13,457 nucleotides of DNA. Source: Azolla caroliniana. Taxonomy: Eukaryota; Plantae; Polypodiophyta. A program made the translations under genes and the position numbers. Shown here piece after piece: positions 9,601 through 13,457 of this stretch (the stretch's first letter is position 1; every line of letters starts with the position of its first letter). The notes beneath the pieces were generated by a model. That model ran no database searches. It had not been told where the DNA came from and was given only the letters and a program-made list of their open reading frames with translations. The DNA lies in contig JBHGNT010000950.1 of the NCBI GenBank assembly GCA_043228905.1, forward strand, positions 1-13,457. The letters are read 5' to 3'.

Positions 9601-12600
9601 TTTTAAGGCCCTTTAAATTGAGCTAGAGCAACATAGGGGTAGTGATTTTTTATGCATTTTTTACGCCCAATCGACTGGTGCAAAAATCAAAGCGCTATCT
9701 ATTACGGTTCTCGAGATAGCTGTTCCAAATGCGTGTTTTTGAAAAAAATAATTTTAAACCTTTATTTCTCCCTTATCGATGGAGGGAAAATGTTTAAATT
9801 TTCATGAGAAATTGGGGTGGCCCCCACCCTTTTGTGGCCACATTATTAAGTCGATCTGAAGCAAAACAATTTTGTGAGTATTTTTGACGGAAGGGGTGTA
9901 TGTAGGCCAAAAATCGCAAAATTTATTAATTTATTTTCAACCCTTTCTAATTGAGCTAGAGCATTGAATTTTTTTTAGTTTTGTAGATCTTTTTACGTAG
10001 AATCTTTCAGGGTGTTTTTTGAAGCTGTGCGGTTAAGGGCTCGAGCGTGAGAAGCCGTCAAAAATCAACTTTTTCGAAAAACATCCGTTTTTCGCAGGTC
10101 CTAACTTTAACTTAATTTTAAGGCCCTTTAAATTGAGCTAGAGCAACATAGGGGTAGTGATTTTTTATGCATTTTTTACGCCCAATCGACTGGTGCAAAA
10201 ATCAAAGCGCTATCTATTACGGTTCTCGAGATAGCTGTTCCAAATGCGTGTTTTTGAAAAAAATAATTTTAAACCTTTATTTCTCCCTTATCGATGGAGG
10301 GAAAATGTTTAAATTTTCATGAGAAATTGGGGTGGCCCCCACCCTTTTGTAGCCACAATATCAAGTCGATCTGAAGCAAAAAAAAATTGTGATTTTTTTT
10401 GTTAGAAGGGGGGGGTGTTTGTAGGCCAAAAATCGCCAACTTTGACAATTTTTTTCAACCCTTTCTAATTGAGCTAGAGCATTGAATTTTTTTTAGTTTT
10501 GTAGATCTTTTTACGAAGAATCTTTCAGGGTGTTTTTTGAAGCTGTGCGGTTAAGGGCTCGAGCGTGAGAAGCCGTCAAAAATCAACTTTTTCGAAAAAC
10601 ATCCGTTTTTCGCAGGTCCTAACTTTAACTTAATTTTAAGGCCCTTTAAATTGAGCTAGAGCAACATAGGGGTAGTGATTTTTTATGCATTTTTTACGCC
10701 CAATCGACTGGTGCAAAAATCAAAGCGCTATCTATTACGGTTCTCGAGATAGCTGTTCCAAATGCGTGTTTTTGAAAAAAATAATTTTAAACCTTTATTT
10801 CTCCCTTATCGATGGAGGGAAAATGTTTAAATTTTCATGAGAAATTGGGGTGGCCCCCACCCTTTTGTAGCCACAATATTAAGTCGATCTGAAGCAAAAA
10901 AAAATTGTGATTTTTTTTGTTAGAAGGGGGGGGTGTTTGTAGGCCAAAAATCGCCAACTTTGACAATTTTTTTCAACCCTTTCTAATTGAGCTAGAGCAT
11001 TGAATTTTTTTTAGTTTTGTAGATCTTTTTACGAAGAATCTTTCAGGGTGTTTTTTGAAGCTGTGCGGTTAAGGGCTCGAGCGTGAGAAGCCGTCAAAAA
11101 TCAACTTTTTCGAAAAACATCCGTTTTTCGCAGGTCCTAACTTTAACTTAATTTTAAGGCCCTTTAAATTGAGCTAGAGCAACATAGGGGTAGTGATTTT
11201 TTATGCATTTTTTACGCCCAATCGACTGGTGCAAAAATCAAAGCGCTATCTATTACGGTTCTCGAGATAGCTGTTCCAAATGCGTGTTTTTGAAAAAAAT
11301 AATTTTAAACCTTTATTTCTCCCTTATCGATGGAGGGAAAATGTTTAAATTTTCATGAGAAATTGGGGAGGCCCCCACCCTTTTGTAGCCACATTATTAA
11401 GTCGATCTGAAGCAAAACAATTTTGTGAGTATTTTTGACGGAAGGGGTGTATGTAGGCCAAAAATCGCAAAATTTATTAATTTATTTTCAACCCTTTCTA
11501 ATTGAGCTAGAGCATTGAATTTTTTTTAGTTTTGTAGATCTTTTTACGTAGAATCTTTCAGGGTGTTTTTTGAAGCTGTGCGGTTAAGGGCTCGAGCGTG
11601 AGAAGCCGTCAAAAATCAACTTTTTCGAAAAACATCCGTTTTTCGCAGGTCCTAACTTTAACTTAATTTTAAGGCCCTTTAAATTGAGCTAGAGCAACAT
11701 AGGGGTAGTGATTTTTTATGCATTTTTTACGCCCAATCGACTGGTGCAAAAATCAAAGCGCTATCTATTACGGTTCTCGAGATAGCTGTTCCAAATGCGT
11801 GTTTTTGAAAAAAATAATTTTAAACCTTTATTTCTCCCTTATCGATGGAGGGAAAATGTTTAAATTTTCATGAGAAATTGGGGTGGCCCCCACCCTTTTG
11901 TAGCCACAATATTAAGTCGATCTGAAGCAAAAAAAAATTGTGATTTTTTTTGTTAGAAGGGGGGGGTGTTTGTAGGCCAAAAATCGCCAACTTTGACAAT
12001 TTTTTTCAACCCTTTCTAATTGAGCTAGAGCATTGAATTTTTTTTAGTTTTGTAGATCTTTTTACGAAGAATCTTTCAGGGTGTTTTTTGAAGCTGTGCG
12101 GTTAAGGGCTCGAGCGTGAGAAGCCGTCAAAAATCAACTTTTTCGAAAAACATCCGTTTTTCGCAGGTCCTAACTTTAACTTAATTTTAAGGCCCTTTAA
12201 ATTGAGCTAGAGCAACATAGGGGTAGTGATTTTTTATGCATTTTTTACGCCCAATCGACTGGTGCAAAAATCAAAGCGCTATCTATTACGGTTCTCGAGA
12301 TAGCTGTTCCAAATGCGTGTTTTTGAAAAAAATAATTTTAAACCTTTATTTCTCCCTTATCGATGGAGGGAAAATGTTTAAATTTTCATGAGAAATTGGG
12401 GTGGCCCCCACCCTTTTGTGGCCACATTATTAAGTCGATCTGAAGCAAAACAATTTTGTGAGTATTTTTGACGGAAGGGGTGTATGTAGGCCAAAAATCG
12501 CAAAATTTATTAATTTATTTTCAACCCTTTCTAATTGAGCTAGAGCATTGAATTTTTTTTAGTTTTGTAGATCTTTTTACGTAGAATCTTTCAGGGTGTT

Positions 12601-12811
12601 TTTTGAAGCTGTGCGGTTAAGGGCTCGAGCGTGAGAAGCCGTCAAAAATCAACTTTTTCGAAAAACATCCGTTTTTCGCAGGTCCTAACTTTAACTTAAT
12701 TTTAAGGCCCTTTAAATTGAGCTAAAGCAACATAGGGGTAGTGATTTTTTATGCATTTTTTACGCCCAATCGACTGGTGCAAAAATCAAAGCGCTATCTA
12801 TTACGGTTCTC

Positions 12812-12831
12812 AGTACTCTGCGTTGATACCA
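12812..12831 (-). other. Library adapter remnant (SMART/Clontech primer; PacBio ultra-low-input amplification adapter)
   Basis: agtactctgcgttgatacca is the exact reverse complement of TGGTATCAACGCAGAGTACT, the 3' 20 nt of AAGCAGTGGTATCAACGCAGAGTAC(T). It is absent from all other monomers. Confidence 0.95.
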
Positions 12832-13457
12832 ATAATTTTAAACCTTTATTTCTCCCTTATCGATGGAGGGAAAATGTTTAAATTTTTATGAGAAATTGGG
12901 GTGGCCCCCACCCTTTTGTAGCCACAATATCAAGTCGATCTGAAGCAAAAAAAAATTGTGATTTTTTTTGTTAGAAGGGGGGGGTGTTTGTAGGCCAAAA
13001 ATCGCCAACTTTGACAATTTTTTTCAACCCTTTCTAATTGAGCTAGAGCATTGAATTTTTTTTAGTTTTGTAGATCTTTTTACGTAGAATCTTTCAGGGT
13101 ATTTTTTGAAGCTGTGCGGTTAAGGGCTCGAGCGTGAGAAGCCGTCAAAAATCAACTTTTTCGAAAAACATCCGTTTTTCGCAGGTCCTAACTTTAACTT
13201 AATTTTAAGGCCCTTTAAATTGAGCTAGAGCAACATAGGGGTAGTGATTTTTTATGCATTTTTTACGCCCAATCGACTGGTGCAAAAATCAAAGCGCTAT
13301 CTATTACGGTTCTCGAGATAGCTGTTCCAAATGCGTGTTTTTGAAAAAAATAATTTTAAACCTTTATTTCTCCCTTATCGATGGAGGGAAAATGTTTAAA
13401 TTTTTATGAGAAATTGGGGTGGCCCCCACCCTTTTGTAGCCACAATATCAAGTCGAT

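Larger units (their letters stand above)
1..13457. repeat. Satellite DNA tandem array, 515-518 bp monomer, 26 full copies plus 1 partial
   Basis: The motif ctcccttatcgatggaggga recurs at 1, 519, 1037, 1533, 2051, 2540, 3055, 3570, 4088, 4606, 5121, 5639, 6157, 6672, 7187, 7705, 8220, 8738, 9253, 9768, 10283, 10801, 11319, 11834, 12352, 12852 and 13370. All copies are in the same orientation and near-identical. The sequence is AT-rich with many homopolymer runs. Confidence 0.98.

Noticed and set aside
12812-12831. Novel biological insertion or newly acquired spacer
   Set aside because: It is an exact match to a commercial adapter sequence.
1-13457. CRISPR-like array or repeat/variable-cassette system
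   Set aside because: The constant part is ~420 bp and the variable part has only two homologous alleles rather than unique spacers. There are no cas, recombinase or reverse transcriptase genes in the window.
1-13457. Protein-coding repeat ORF
   Set aside because: Monomer lengths of 518 and 515 are not multiples of 3. Stop codons are frequent on both strands (ttaa, ctag, tga motifs) and the sequence is homopolymer-rich. I recognised no plausible ORF.

Overview
The whole window is one head-to-tail tandem array of an AT-rich, non-coding 515-518 bp monomer, typical of eukaryotic (probably arthropod) satellite DNA. It holds 26 complete monomers plus a partial one. I see no supportable CDS, RNA gene or CRISPR array. 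The monomers fall into two subtypes, A (518 bp) and B (515 bp), which are nearly identical except in one ~95 bp divergent block. Their order is AAAABBBAABAABBABABBBAABABA(A). Private SNPs reveal a 3-monomer (1551 bp) duplication and a 4-monomer block repeated 3614 bp apart, i.e. incipient higher-order repeats. The monomer itself looks like a diverged trimer of ~160-185 bp subunits, is rich in short dyad symmetries, and has motifs reminiscent of DINE-1/Helentron-associated repeats. The only foreign sequence is at 12812-12831. It is the reverse complement of the SMART / PacBio ultra-low-input amplification adapter, so it is a technical artifact and marks a probably chimeric junction. I find no convincing novel gene system here.
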